Below, piece after piece: positions 10,914 through 20,732 of a stretch of 46,899 nucleotides of DNA. Position numbers and translations under genes: made by a program. Location: IMG/VR virus record IMGVR_UViG_3300030433_000503, positions 1 through 46,899 of that record, one strand, 5' to 3'. The stretch's first letter is position 1; each line of letters starts with the position of its first letter. A model generated the notes under the pieces. It did no database searches, had not been told where the DNA came from, and saw nothing but the letters and a program-made list of their open reading frames with translations. The DNA is from a virus (lineage: Duplodnaviria; Caudoviricetes).

Positions 10914-11662
10914 TATGATTTTTCGTTTTGTTCAACTTTCATTGCTTCTTGAGTAGCTGTTTGAATTATAGTTGGATCATTTATTATTACACCAGCATAT
11001 TTTAAAATACCTGTAATTATATTTGTTTGTTCTGATATATCTAATTCAAAATCTATTGATGTACCAGCATTATAAACATATTGACCTACACTACCAAGAG
11101 TAAATTTCCACTCAGGTTCAGTAGGTTTAAATAAACAATTTATATTTAAGTTGTTAGGTTGTGGTGATACTTTTATTAATACAGATCCTCCAGTTCCTCC
11201 TGATTTAGTAAAACATAAAGGATATTGTTTTGTTGGTGCTGTTAATTTAGATCTAGTTATTTTTTCAAAATCACTTTTACTTGTTAATTGAGTTATTGAA
11301 TCAAACTGTGGTTGACCAGTATATGTAGATATAATTTCCCCTAACTTATAAATAGTTCCAGCGCCTGTATATTCCCAACCTAGAATACCAGCACCAGCGT
11401 TATAAGTAAAAGCAACACTCTTTTCAAAAGGATATAATTTATATGAAATATCTTTAAAGACATTGAAGAACTCAGTGTCGTTTTGTGTGTTTTTTTGATT
11501 TTGACGGTTTACTTGATTACCATCAGGAAAATATGAATTAAATATTTCTTCTTGCACCTGTGTAGCTAAAGCATTAAACTCAGTTGGAGTTACATAGCCT
11601 CTTTGTTCTTTGTTTAATATGTACAAGACTGTAGTGTATACTGTGTTTATATTTACCGCCAT
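10913..11662 (-). CDS. Tail ring/adaptor protein (tail tubular A-like)
   Basis: LNKEQRGYVTPTEFN...AQ N-terminus and ILKYAGVII C-terminus typical of crAss-like ring proteins; synteny. Confidence 0.65.
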   Translation of the reverse strand: MAVNINTVYTTVLYILNKEQRGYVTPTEFNALATQVQEEIFNSYFPDGNQVNRQNQKNTQNDTEFFNVFKDISYKLYPFEKSVAFTYNAGAGILGWEYTGAGTIYKLGEIISTYTGQPQFDSITQLTSKSDFEKITRSKLTAPTKQYPLCFTKSGGTGGSVLIKVSPQPNNLNINCLFKPTEPEWKFTLGSVGQYVYNAGTSIDFELDISEQTNIITGILKYAGVIINDPTIIQTATQEAMKVEQNEKS

Positions 11663-11683
11663 TATATTTTTTTATTATAATAC

Positions 11684-11706
11684 AGAGGTGACATAATGTC
11701 ACCCCT
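11684..11706 (-). terminator. Hairpin (terminator or 5' stabilizing stem)
   Basis: AGGGGTGACA-TTA-TGTCACCTCT on the minus strand, in an intergenic gap just downstream of a class II promoter. Confidence 0.55.
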
Positions 11707-11711
11707 ATATT

Positions 11712-11739
11712 ATTATCACTTGTTAATTTAGTTTTTTAT
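11712..11739 (-). promoter_or_regulatory. Class II promoter motif
   Basis: ATAA-N16-GTGATAAT. Confidence 0.65.
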
Positions 11740-12532
11740 CTATAGATTTATAGATTTCAACACCTTCATCAGTTTTTAAGAAAGATGCAAACGCCGAGTA
11801 TGGATTTTCATCAAACGGCACGTTCATTAACTTTCTATTATTTGATCCCCAATAAAATGTTCTTTGGTCTTGAGATAAAATAATAATACCTGCTTCTTCA
11901 GCTCTAATAGCTAAATTTCTAAGCATTACATTTTCATCTTTAGCTAATTCAATAAATAACTTTGGATTTCTTTTAGCAAATAAAAGTAAATCTCTTTTTA
12001 TTTCTTTAGAACTCATTAAACCAACTTTTGAACCTAACTCAACTCTCATTATTGCTTCTGCTTGATCAATATCAATTGTTCTAGCAGCATTTAAAGCATC
12101 AATTTCCCACTCAATAGTTTCAAGCTCATCTTCTGCTTCTTTAATTGGTTTAAACTCAGTATACATTTTACCTTTTAAAGGGTGGTATAAACTTAATAGC
12201 TTTTGTAGAGCAATGTTTTTTGCTGGCACGTCAAGTCTACCATCTTTAAATACAATATGCCCAAGAGTTGCCTCTCCATTTTGCTCGTCTGCAAATGGTG
12301 AAGACATATTAGTAGCATATCTTATTTCTCTTTGTTTTTTTGTTTTTGGATCAAACCAAAGTAAAGCATGTTTTCTTGTATGCTTACCTGGTATTGTTAA
12401 TGTTAAAGGTGTTTTATTTCCTTTTAATAGATATGTTCTATCTTTTACTTCCCATTCAGGTTTTACAACCTTAGGTGTTTCTTTTTTAGGTTCAGCAACA
12501 ACTGCAACCTCTTCTTTTTTCTTTTTTGTCAT
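11723..12532 (-). CDS. Conserved protein downstream of the MCP (crAss gene 75-like position)
   Basis: 269 aa; position right after the major capsid gene. Confidence 0.6.
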   Translation of the reverse strand: MTKKKKEEVAVVAEPKKETPKVVKPEWEVKDRTYLLKGNKTPLTLTIPGKHTRKHALLWFDPKTKKQREIRYATNMSSPFADEQNGEATLGHIVFKDGRLDVPAKNIALQKLLSLYHPLKGKMYTEFKPIKEAEDELETIEWEIDALNAARTIDIDQAEAIMRVELGSKVGLMSSKEIKRDLLLFAKRNPKLFIELAKDENVMLRNLAIRAEEAGIIILSQDQRTFYWGSNNRKLMNVPFDENPYSAFASFLKTDEGVEIYKSIDKKLN

Positions 12533-12554
12533 GATATAATAAAATTAAATAGTT

Positions 12555-12590
12555 AAAAGGTATATGGGCGCCGAAGCGCCCTTACCTTTA
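12555..12590 (-). terminator. Intrinsic terminator after the major capsid gene
   Basis: AAAGGTAAGGGCGC-TTCG-GCGCCCATATACCTTTT; GC stem with a cUUCGg tetraloop. Confidence 0.8.
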
Positions 12591-12596
12591 TAAAAA

Positions 12597-14048
12597 TTAC
12601 ACTCCTTTGAATAATACAAAGTTGTTAGCAGCTTGTGTTACTAAACATCTTTCTGATAGGAAATTAATTTCCATAGCATCAAGAGTTGAAGTAAACGCAC
12701 CACCTGCAGAACCAGTCACCCAAGACTTCATTCTTCTATCGTCAGCTTGAGAAGCTCTATATCTAACGTGTAAGAAAGGTCTTCTGATGTTAGTTCCTAA
12801 AACTTGATCGTAAACTGTAGAAGTTCCAGCTGGTATTAATACACCTTCAATTGAGTTAATACCTGTAATAGCACCTCTTGTAGAAGCGTCATTTAAGTAT
12901 TTCCAATCGGTTTTGTAAAAATCATAAGAACCTCTTCTAAATCCTGAAAATCCTAGGTTAAGCGCCATTTCTTCTGAATTTTCAAATAATCCAAAAGCAA
13001 CACCACCTGTGCTACCAGCAGAAATACTAGCTAGCATATCATCAAAATCTAGTGCAGTTTGTCTTTGTAAGAATAGCATGTTTTCTTCAATTGCTCCTTG
13101 AGTATCTAGGTTTCTAAGAATTTCATCAAAGTCTCCAATACCACTTGCAGCAGTAAATCCTACTTCAACATTACCTCTTCCTTCAATAGCAGCAAATAAA
13201 CCTTCAGTACCTGGTAATTTGTTAATTTGGTAATCACCATTACCTGCAGCAACGTTTAGTTCACCTTCAATACATACCATTTCTAGGTAGTCTTCGAATC
13301 TTAATCTAGTTTCAGACTCAGCTTTTAAATACCATAAGTATCCAGAAGCACCATCTTCAGTAGCAACTTCAACCCAACCTATCTGCGCCATATCAGAACC
13401 ATTTACTATATATTGATCTCTAATAATAACTGGTGAGTTAGAAAATTGTGTAAAAGAAGGATCAACAGATAGTCTTTCTGCACTAGCACCTGTTGCAGTA
13501 CCAGTTAAAGTAGAACGACCTTTGCTGTATGCAGAACCGTAAACAAATACTTTAAGACTTCCAGAATTAAAGTTGTTTGCAGCAGTATACTGAACACCGT
13601 CCCATGCTTGTACTGTAATGTCACCAACACCAGGTCCACCAGTTGTTACAGCAGTAACAATTGCTTTTCCTGAAGCACCAGTACCTGTATCTAATACAAC
13701 TACAGTGTCATTTACAGAAATAACCATGTCTTGACCAGCAGTTGCACTTAATGTTAAAACAGTACCAGCACCGTTAGCAGTCATGTTATCGTATGAAATA
13801 TGTAATCTATTTTGCTCAGACCAGATTACTTGGTCAGAAGTCATTGGCATTTCTGCACCGACCATTCTTAAAAATCCAGATAACGTTCTGTTTCCATAAC
13901 GCTCTACTTCAGCTTCGTAGACCTCTGGTAAATACTGTTGGATAAAATCATTAGCACCTCCAGTGTTGAACTTTAAATAATTGCTATTTAAAAGCTCTTG
14001 CTTCTGAGATGGTAATATTGATCCAAACTGTGGACTTAATGTACCCAT
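12597..14048 (-). CDS. Major capsid protein
   Basis: 483 aa after portal and scaffold; SDQVIWSEQNRLH, GWVEVATEDGASGYLWYLK, GTEGLFAAIEGRGN, LGFSGFRRGSYDFYK; followed by a strong terminator. Confidence 0.85.
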   Translation of the reverse strand: MGTLSPQFGSILPSQKQELLNSNYLKFNTGGANDFIQQYLPEVYEAEVERYGNRTLSGFLRMVGAEMPMTSDQVIWSEQNRLHISYDNMTANGAGTVLTLSATAGQDMVISVNDTVVVLDTGTGASGKAIVTAVTTGGPGVGDITVQAWDGVQYTAANNFNSGSLKVFVYGSAYSKGRSTLTGTATGASAERLSVDPSFTQFSNSPVIIRDQYIVNGSDMAQIGWVEVATEDGASGYLWYLKAESETRLRFEDYLEMVCIEGELNVAAGNGDYQINKLPGTEGLFAAIEGRGNVEVGFTAASGIGDFDEILRNLDTQGAIEENMLFLQRQTALDFDDMLASISAGSTGGVAFGLFENSEEMALNLGFSGFRRGSYDFYKTDWKYLNDASTRGAITGINSIEGVLIPAGTSTVYDQVLGTNIRRPFLHVRYRASQADDRRMKSWVTGSAGGAFTSTLDAMEINFLSERCLVTQAANNFVLFKGV

Positions 14049-14065
14049 AATTAATAAATTTTAAA

Positions 14066-15280
14066 TTAGTTAAACTTTTTTGTTTTAATTTTAAGTTTTG
14101 TAGAGTCTGCACCACTAATTGATTTTACTTTAAAGCCACCAACGAAAACTTCACCTGTATTACCTTGTCTAGCTTTTACATCAGAAAGGTTTTTAGATTT
14201 GTTAACTACATCCTTAACGGCATCGGCTTTGCCTTGTTCATAAAAATGAGTAGCGATCTTATCTACGTTTTCAGCAGCATACATTGCTTTGTGATAACCA
14301 GCCGGGTCTACTACACTACCATCTGCATCTAGGAACTTCCCTATCAGATTGTTAATGTTTGATTGGTTTTCTGCAACTGCGTCACGATTTTGTATGTTAT
14401 ACTTATACTTTTTGCCTCCAACTTCAAAATCAAAACCTTTGAATTGATCGTTGAAAAGCTGTTTAGTACTTTGTTTAAACTGCGTGTGTAGTTGCTCAGC
14501 CTGTTCTTGCTGTTTATTGTAACGATTAAAAAAGTCCATTGCTTTTTGTTGCTCTTGAGTTACACCAGGACGTAGTTTAATTTCGTCATAGTATTTATTT
14601 TTCAAGTCATCTAGATATGTTCTAGCTTTAGCAACTTCTTCTTTAAATGCTAACTTTTTCTTTCGTATGTCTTTTTCCTCATCAACATCTGCATCCCATG
14701 TAAAATCTTCTAAAATAAGATTTACATCATCAGCATCTAAATGAGGTTTATTTTTTTTATAATATTCTTTTAACAATGCTGTTTCATCAATGTTACTGTA
14801 ATCAGCGTTTAATCTAGCATAATCTTCTACAGTACCACCTGTTTCTTTCATGAAGTTAATAAGTTTTTCTACATTTTCAGGTAAATCTATATTTTGTTGT
14901 TCAACTGTTTTTACCTCTGGTTGCTTTATTTCTTGCTTAACTTCTTGTTTTATTTCTTCTTCAGTTACTTCTTGGATCGGAGAAAACCCTTCAGTAGTCT
15001 CGTTGGACTCTTGTACAGGTTCTCCCACCTCTGTGCTATCTCCGGATGGTTTTTCCACAGGTACCTCCTCTGTTTCTCCGATTTGAATGGCATCGTCTTC
15101 TTTTTTAATTTCTACTTTTTTAACATCAGGCTCAACTTCTACTAAAGGTTCTTTAATACTTACCTTTGGTATTTCTTGTTCTTTATTGCCTAATTGTTTT
15201 GGTTTTTTAGGTTTTGATTTACCTTTTAAAGTAAACTCACCTTCTTGCTTTACCTCTACGGCTGCTTGTTTTTCTGACAT
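14066..15280 (-). CDS. Capsid scaffolding protein
   Basis: Acidic low-complexity N-terminus, helical body and HFYEQGKADA C-terminal motif; between portal and MCP. Confidence 0.7.
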   Translation of the reverse strand: MSEKQAAVEVKQEGEFTLKGKSKPKKPKQLGNKEQEIPKVSIKEPLVEVEPDVKKVEIKKEDDAIQIGETEEVPVEKPSGDSTEVGEPVQESNETTEGFSPIQEVTEEEIKQEVKQEIKQPEVKTVEQQNIDLPENVEKLINFMKETGGTVEDYARLNADYSNIDETALLKEYYKKNKPHLDADDVNLILEDFTWDADVDEEKDIRKKKLAFKEEVAKARTYLDDLKNKYYDEIKLRPGVTQEQQKAMDFFNRYNKQQEQAEQLHTQFKQSTKQLFNDQFKGFDFEVGGKKYKYNIQNRDAVAENQSNINNLIGKFLDADGSVVDPAGYHKAMYAAENVDKIATHFYEQGKADAVKDVVNKSKNLSDVKARQGNTGEVFVGGFKVKSISGADSTKLKIKTKKFN

Positions 15281-15308
15281 AATATAATATAATTAAATAG
15301 TTAATAAT

Positions 15309-17684
15309 TTACACCATTGGAGGTGTTGATTGTTCAAAGTTTATAGGAAGTCCATCATTTTTTCTTTGTGAAATCATTTCACTTTGTTGAGTACCTTCCA
15401 TTTTTATTCTTTTATCTTTTCTATCCTCTCTTTGTTGTTCTCTTGTATTTGTAGCATTTTGTTGTAATTGAGCTAGCTCCATATCATTTTTATGCTGTTG
15501 CATTAATTTTTGTTGATCTAATCTAGCTTGTAACTGCATACGATCTTTTTCAAACTCACTTTTAGCTTTTTCATATTCTACGTTAGCTCCAGATATAGCT
15601 TGTTGTTTTTGTACTTCTGCCATAGCTGTTTTTTCTGCAGCAGCTGATTGAGCTTCGCTTTGAGCCTTAATATTAGCTTGTTGAGCTAATTGATCTTGTT
15701 TAGCTTTTTCTTTACGTTTTACTTTTAACATTTGATTAGCTAGTTTAAGATTTTTAATTTGTCTTAAATCAATAGCATCTTCAACATCAATGTTTTTAGC
15801 TTGTAAAGCTATTTGTATATTAGCTTCTAATTGTTGTTTTTCTTCTTCATCTGGTTCTAGTTCTAAGAAAATACCAAAATCATGTAAGTTAAGATTAACA
15901 ACTTCGTCTAATGTTTTAACATTATATGTTGATATAGAGTTTTGCAACGCAGATCTTGTTAATGGAAATTCTAGTGCATCAGCTACTTTTAAGCTAATAT
16001 TTTCTGCTAATTTAAGAGTTAAAAATAAACTAGACTGTACAATATGTCTTGTTGCTACATTTGATGCGTTAGCGGCTAGTTTCTGTAATCCTACAAGCGT
16101 ATTACGGTCTGGTAAACTACCATCTCTAGCTTCGTTTAGTCCCGTTACGTCTCTTATCATCTGTAAATAGTATTGATACGTGCTTATAAGACTTTGTATT
16201 TTACCTGCACCAGTTCCAGAATTAAGTTCTTGTATTGGAACTTTACCTGGATTCATATCACCTTCTTGTGTTAAACTTCTACCAACAATACTACCAGTTT
16301 GAAAATACATATTTAATGCTTCTGCTGGGTTATAATTAGTACCATTTCCTAAATCAACTTCAGCAAGCCCGTCCATATCTAAATAAACACCATCTGGTAC
16401 CATGCGAGATATAACTTGTTGTAGTTTTAAATGTGTAATTTGAATCATATCAGCAAAACCAGTACATTTACTAACTAGTGATTCTATTTTACCTTTATAA
16501 ATTCTAGGTGCGCATATAGCATAATTCATTTTAACTTTAGTAGTATCAGCATAAGGTCTTGACATATTTTCAGCAAGCTCCCATTTAAGCATTGTATTAG
16601 TACCTAAAACTTTAGCACCGCTATATAATACTTCAATTGATCTTGATACTCTTTCAAACATATCATTTTCTGGCGGATTAAACGTATCTGGCTTTTCAAT
16701 AGCTTTCATTAATCCTTGATCTGTTTGTTTTATTTTAAATACTTGATTATGATATGTTTTGTAATCAAAATATAAAACTTGCACTGTGTTTTCATCATAA
16801 TCACCCCAACCAGTAATATAAGATTTATTACCTGGCATAGACTGTATTCTTTTTAATTCATCTTCTGATATATTAGGAAACTCTTTTTTAAGTTCAGAAA
16901 TAGTAATCGCTTTTAACTCACCTACATAATATATATCTTCAAAATTTGGATCTTCTGTGTAAGAATAAACCATGTAAGCTGGGTCAACGTAATCAACTGT
17001 TATACCTTCAGCAGTATTAAAATTAGTTTTAGCAGCTGCTATACCACAAACTGTTAAATCCATATTTAATCTACGTCTAATTAAATCATATTTGTTTTGC
17101 GCAAAAACACTTGATATAGATTCTTCTTCTGCTATTTCAACACTTTGTTTATAAGACAACTGCATGTGAAGCTCTAGTTCTTCTTTTGTTTCAGGCATTA
17201 TACCAGTGCTAGGAGTTTGATATAAATCAATACCTAACGTGTTTTTTAAATTATCTAAATATTCTTTAGATAACATGTCTTCGTATATTTTAGAAGCGTA
17301 GCTAGTTCTTTTCTTTATAGACTCAGGATCTTGAGCATATGCTTTTATATCATAAGTTTTTGATGATATACCGTTTACAACTATATCTACAAATTTTGAT
17401 AAAATTGGTACTGGCTTCCAGTCTAAATTTAAATATGATAAATCACCATTAATAGCTAACTCATCTTTATATTTTTGTATAGACTGCTCACCTCTTGCAT
17501 AAGATCTTAGCATGTGGAAATTATTCCAGTTAGTTAAGTATCTATTACCACTAGTCCTTCCTCTTTGAAACCACTCTTGCTCTATAGCTTGAGCAACTTG
17601 TTTCCCATACTCAATACTAGCTTTTTCTGCGTCACTTACTACTTGACTTGGAAAAGGACTATTAGTGTTAGTGTATATATTCAT
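15309..17684 (-). CDS. Portal protein
   Basis: 791 aa directly after TerL; WKPVPILSKFVDIVVNG, IRDVTGLNEARDGS, Gln-rich coiled-coil barrel at the C-terminus. Confidence 0.88.
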   Translation of the reverse strand: MNIYTNTNSPFPSQVVSDAEKASIEYGKQVAQAIEQEWFQRGRTSGNRYLTNWNNFHMLRSYARGEQSIQKYKDELAINGDLSYLNLDWKPVPILSKFVDIVVNGISSKTYDIKAYAQDPESIKKRTSYASKIYEDMLSKEYLDNLKNTLGIDLYQTPSTGIMPETKEELELHMQLSYKQSVEIAEEESISSVFAQNKYDLIRRRLNMDLTVCGIAAAKTNFNTAEGITVDYVDPAYMVYSYTEDPNFEDIYYVGELKAITISELKKEFPNISEDELKRIQSMPGNKSYITGWGDYDENTVQVLYFDYKTYHNQVFKIKQTDQGLMKAIEKPDTFNPPENDMFERVSRSIEVLYSGAKVLGTNTMLKWELAENMSRPYADTTKVKMNYAICAPRIYKGKIESLVSKCTGFADMIQITHLKLQQVISRMVPDGVYLDMDGLAEVDLGNGTNYNPAEALNMYFQTGSIVGRSLTQEGDMNPGKVPIQELNSGTGAGKIQSLISTYQYYLQMIRDVTGLNEARDGSLPDRNTLVGLQKLAANASNVATRHIVQSSLFLTLKLAENISLKVADALEFPLTRSALQNSISTYNVKTLDEVVNLNLHDFGIFLELEPDEEEKQQLEANIQIALQAKNIDVEDAIDLRQIKNLKLANQMLKVKRKEKAKQDQLAQQANIKAQSEAQSAAAEKTAMAEVQKQQAISGANVEYEKAKSEFEKDRMQLQARLDQQKLMQQHKNDMELAQLQQNATNTREQQREDRKDKRIKMEGTQQSEMISQRKNDGLPINFEQSTPPMV

Positions 17685-19904
17685 TTAACTTATAATTTTT
17701 GATGTCGATCCTTTATTGTTATATTTTTTAATACCTAAATCAACAGGTTTTAATTCTCTTGCGGCTACTGGGGTGTATCTATGTTTATTACACGCCATTA
17801 AAGCTAAACCTGAACTAATCGAAGCATCATGAGTTGTTCTATTGTTTATATTAAATTTTGCCCAATCTTCTAATGTTCTTTGAAAATACATATCTCCATA
17901 TCCTGTTTCTTTTAAACCCACAAAATGTTCTATGTATGTTTCAATAGCAGCTGCATGAGCTTGTTTTATATCTTCACTAGAATTAGGTATACCACCTATT
18001 TCTCTTTCTGTAACTGATAATTTATTTCTTACTTTATCAGGTCTATTCATTGCAAAACCTCTATAGCCTCTACGTTTAAAATAATATAAAAGTCTTGGTT
18101 TATTATTTTCTACAAGTATTGGCATACCATAAAAAACACACGCCATTAATACATCTTCAAAAAATATTTCAGCTGTTTGAGGTCTAGCTATATATTCTAA
18201 GAAAAAATGATTTGGTGGAGCATTTTCCATGCTAAATTTTGTTAATCCGTGCAAAGAACCATTTGAACCTCTTTTATCTACAGTTCCTGATATATCATAA
18301 GGATCGCAACCAAAAGCACCCATATGTTCATTGCTAGGATAATTTACACCATTTTTAATATATCTTCTGTTTTGTACGTTTATATCTGGTATCCAAGTAA
18401 TAAAAAATCTTCCTTGTTTATTTGGTATAAATATAACTTTAGTATCTTGTTTACTATCTTCCCATTGAAAATTACCTTGAGTTACACTTATACTATTTTT
18501 TAAATCTTCATTAAAATCTATTTGTTCATATATTTTAGTTAGATTAAATAAAGATTGTTTTGACTCATCTCTAAAAGCATGTTTAGTTGTACGAGGAAAC
18601 TGTCTATAAAATTCATTTAAAGCGTCTTGATCTTGCTTCAAACCTTCTACTTCATTATCCCAATATTCTATAACACCTTGCTTTATTAATACACCATGAG
18701 GGTCTTTAACTTGTTTTTTCGGTGTATCGAATACAGGTAATCCATAAGAATCAATGTATCCTTCGTAATTCCATTCCATAGGTATGAACAAACTATATAA
18801 TCCTGAGCGAGTCTGTCCATTGCTGTTTCTTTGTGTGACATCTGAGTTATCATATAATTTTTTAAATTCTTTACCACCTTTATCTAAAGAGTTTGATGTT
18901 GAACCCATCATACACTTTCCAATAATTCTACTACCTAATCTTAACGTGGTTTTCGTAACCCTCCAGTTGTTGAGGATGTTGTTCGGCTTTTCCCATTTAC
19001 CGGACTCGTCGTGAACGAGAAGTTTGAGTTTCTCACCGTCATAGGAGTTGTCACCTGTGTTTTTCCAATCGATGGTGGTGTCAAGACCTTGTAATTCGTC
19101 TTGTAAGGTTTCGTCGGCTGGGGCGGTAAGCTTACGACGGGTATACTTGGTTGCGGGGACACGGTAGGCAAGCTCGGTCTTTGGACGGTCCATTCCGTCC
19201 TGGGTCGGTTTGAAAAAGAAGGGATAATTAACTGATATGGGTACCACCTTATCTGTGAACATCTTCTTGGCATCAGGACCGGACTTGGATAATATACCAT
19301 ACCTACTGTCACTTGATATGGTTGCCAGGTTAACCACCTCTCCTGAGGCCATGAAAGAAAACCCGGAACGCCTGTTCTTAAGGTAACACATCCCATAGGA
19401 TCGTGAATCTGCCTTGCAAGCTTCCCAGAAAATAAAGAATAATCGATTTGACTCCCTAAAGTCTGGTGCCCCGACGTCAATCTTAGACCACTGCAGGTAC
19501 ATGTAATGAGTACCACTAATATAAGTAGGAACGTCTTTGTTATAAAACCAAAAACCTTCTTCCCTACGGGTAAACTCGTTGTCAATGTAATCATACCATC
19601 TTTCTTTAAAATCTTCTGGATATTGTTTAAAATCAAATACTGTTTTTATTTTACTTAAAACTTTAGGATATTCAAATCGGCTCCATTTATTATCTTTAAA
19701 CTTATGAATACTTTTTGCTTTTGGTAAAGCTATTTTAAGATTTTGTATTTCATATATATCACCTATTGTACCGTCTTTGCTAATAATAACCATATCATGC
19801 TGATCATTATAACCATACTCCCATTTTTTATGTTTATTATATTTTTTAAGAGTACTAGGTGTAATATAATCTTTTAGTATTGTATATAAAGTTTGCTTAT
19901 ACAT
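17685..19904 (-). CDS. terL: Terminase large subunit
   Basis: Walker A LKNRRSGFS, Walker B LLVHDESGKW, motif III MGSTSN, nuclease FGCDPYD...HDASISSGLA. Confidence 0.92.
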   Translation of the reverse strand: MYKQTLYTILKDYITPSTLKKYNKHKKWEYGYNDQHDMVIISKDGTIGDIYEIQNLKIALPKAKSIHKFKDNKWSRFEYPKVLSKIKTVFDFKQYPEDFKERWYDYIDNEFTRREEGFWFYNKDVPTYISGTHYMYLQWSKIDVGAPDFRESNRLFFIFWEACKADSRSYGMCYLKNRRSGFSFMASGEVVNLATISSDSRYGILSKSGPDAKKMFTDKVVPISVNYPFFFKPTQDGMDRPKTELAYRVPATKYTRRKLTAPADETLQDELQGLDTTIDWKNTGDNSYDGEKLKLLVHDESGKWEKPNNILNNWRVTKTTLRLGSRIIGKCMMGSTSNSLDKGGKEFKKLYDNSDVTQRNSNGQTRSGLYSLFIPMEWNYEGYIDSYGLPVFDTPKKQVKDPHGVLIKQGVIEYWDNEVEGLKQDQDALNEFYRQFPRTTKHAFRDESKQSLFNLTKIYEQIDFNEDLKNSISVTQGNFQWEDSKQDTKVIFIPNKQGRFFITWIPDINVQNRRYIKNGVNYPSNEHMGAFGCDPYDISGTVDKRGSNGSLHGLTKFSMENAPPNHFFLEYIARPQTAEIFFEDVLMACVFYGMPILVENNKPRLLYYFKRRGYRGFAMNRPDKVRNKLSVTEREIGGIPNSSEDIKQAHAAAIETYIEHFVGLKETGYGDMYFQRTLEDWAKFNINNRTTHDASISSGLALMACNKHRYTPVAARELKPVDLGIKKYNNKGSTSKIIS
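18941..19594 (-). CDS. Putative overprinted (+1 frame) lipoprotein/membrane-anchored protein nested in terL
   Basis: 217 codons from ATG 19594; KTFLLILVVLITCTC signal-like segment, W/Y/P-rich middle, P/S/T/R-rich tail; boundaries coincide with a GC-rich island. Confidence 0.55.
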   Translation of the reverse strand: MITLTTSLPVGKKVFGFITKTFLLILVVLITCTCSGLRLTSGHQTLGSQIDYSLFSGKLARQIHDPMGCVTLRTGVPGFLSWPQERWLTWQPYQVTVGMVYYPSPVLMPRRCSQIRWYPYQLIIPSFSNRPRTEWTVQRPSLPTVSPQPSIPVVSLPPQPTKPYKTNYKVLTPPSIGKTQVTTPMTVRNSNFSFTTSPVNGKSRTTSSTTGGLRKPR

Positions 19905-20182
19905 TATTTAGACCTCCCTTCTGCAAAACCTTTAAAATTTGATTTTTTCTTTTCTTCAACTTTAGGCTTGTCTTCTAACATATTTTTTTCTTCTTCAATA
20001 CGATTAAGTATTTCAAAAGCATCGAATATAGCTAGTTTTTTTGTAGCTGCAGCATTTTTAAGTCTGTCTGCGGAAATATCAGGACCATAATCTATAATAG
20101 GTTCTTTAGCAACTTTAATTAACTCTTTAACTGCTACTTGCCCAGCTTGGATTATATTCTTCTTCGTTTCCTTGGTGCTCAT
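19904..20182 (-). CDS. Putative terminase small subunit
   Basis: 92-aa helical protein directly upstream of and abutting terL. Confidence 0.55.
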   Translation of the reverse strand: MSTKETKKNIIQAGQVAVKELIKVAKEPIIDYGPDISADRLKNAAATKKLAIFDAFEILNRIEEEKNMLEDKPKVEEKKKSNFKGFAEGRSK

Positions 20183-20732
20183 ATTTAATTACAATATCAT
20201 TTGATTCCATACAATATAAACGCTTACCATCTACTAAAAACTGCCACTCTCTATTTGGTTTAAAACCAACTAAGTCACCTTCGTTTATATTAAGGTTTTT
20301 TAAACTCGTATTACCGTATTTTAATATACCTTTTAATTTTTGTTCTTTATTTGTAGTAAAATCACTCTTATCTTTTATTGGGTGCACAAAACACCTGTTT
20401 GCAAATGAATGCCAACCTTTATAGTTTTTATATAAATATATTTGATCTAAACTTACAAAATAAAGATTATCTTTAAACCATGATCTACTAACTTTTTTAT
20501 TACCACGCATGTCATAAAAAGTTCTAAATACATTTTGATGTATTACAATAGTATCACCTTTTTTAATTTTTGTTTTAAAAGCAATTGGTGTTTCAATTAC
20601 TTTAGCTAGTCTATTTATAAAAGTCCATGATTCAATTTTAGTATTAACAACTAGTTTTTTATCACCAACTTGTATTTCATTATTATATTTATCACCTAAA
20701 GGTTCTACAATAAAATCATATAAGCTTTTCAT
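20127..20732 (-). CDS. Tandem GroES-like co-chaperonin
   Basis: Two GroES-like units: FIVEP...IKKGDTIV...VSLDQI and RCFVHP...INEGDLVGF...VDGKRLYCMESNDI. Confidence 0.6.
   Translation of the reverse strand: MKSLYDFIVEPLGDKYNNEIQVGDKKLVVNTKIESWTFINRLAKVIETPIAFKTKIKKGDTIVIHQNVFRTFYDMRGNKKVSRSWFKDNLYFVSLDQIYLYKNYKGWHSFANRCFVHPIKDKSDFTTNKEQKLKGILKYGNTSLKNLNINEGDLVGFKPNREWQFLVDGKRLYCMESNDIVIKYEHQGNEEEYNPSWASSS

Noticed and set aside
15285-15308. Class II promoter before the scaffold gene (TTAACTAT)
   Set aside because: No TAA box at the 16-nt spacing; the same AACTATTTAATT occurs before 12532 and looks like a translation-initiation context.
18686-18877. Second nested ORF in terL, and 36663-36863 in the fibre gene
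   Set aside because: Short, no compositional anomaly; expected by chance.
19110-19240. 23S rRNA-like words (CTGGGGCGGT; GGGATAA...CTGAT) on the + strand
   Set aside because: Short matches with wrong spacing and no surrounding similarity; constrained by TerL codons.
18941-19594. Intron, intein or mobile insertion in terL
   Set aside because: The GC island contains TerL Walker A and B in a continuous frame; no intein or homing-endonuclease motifs.
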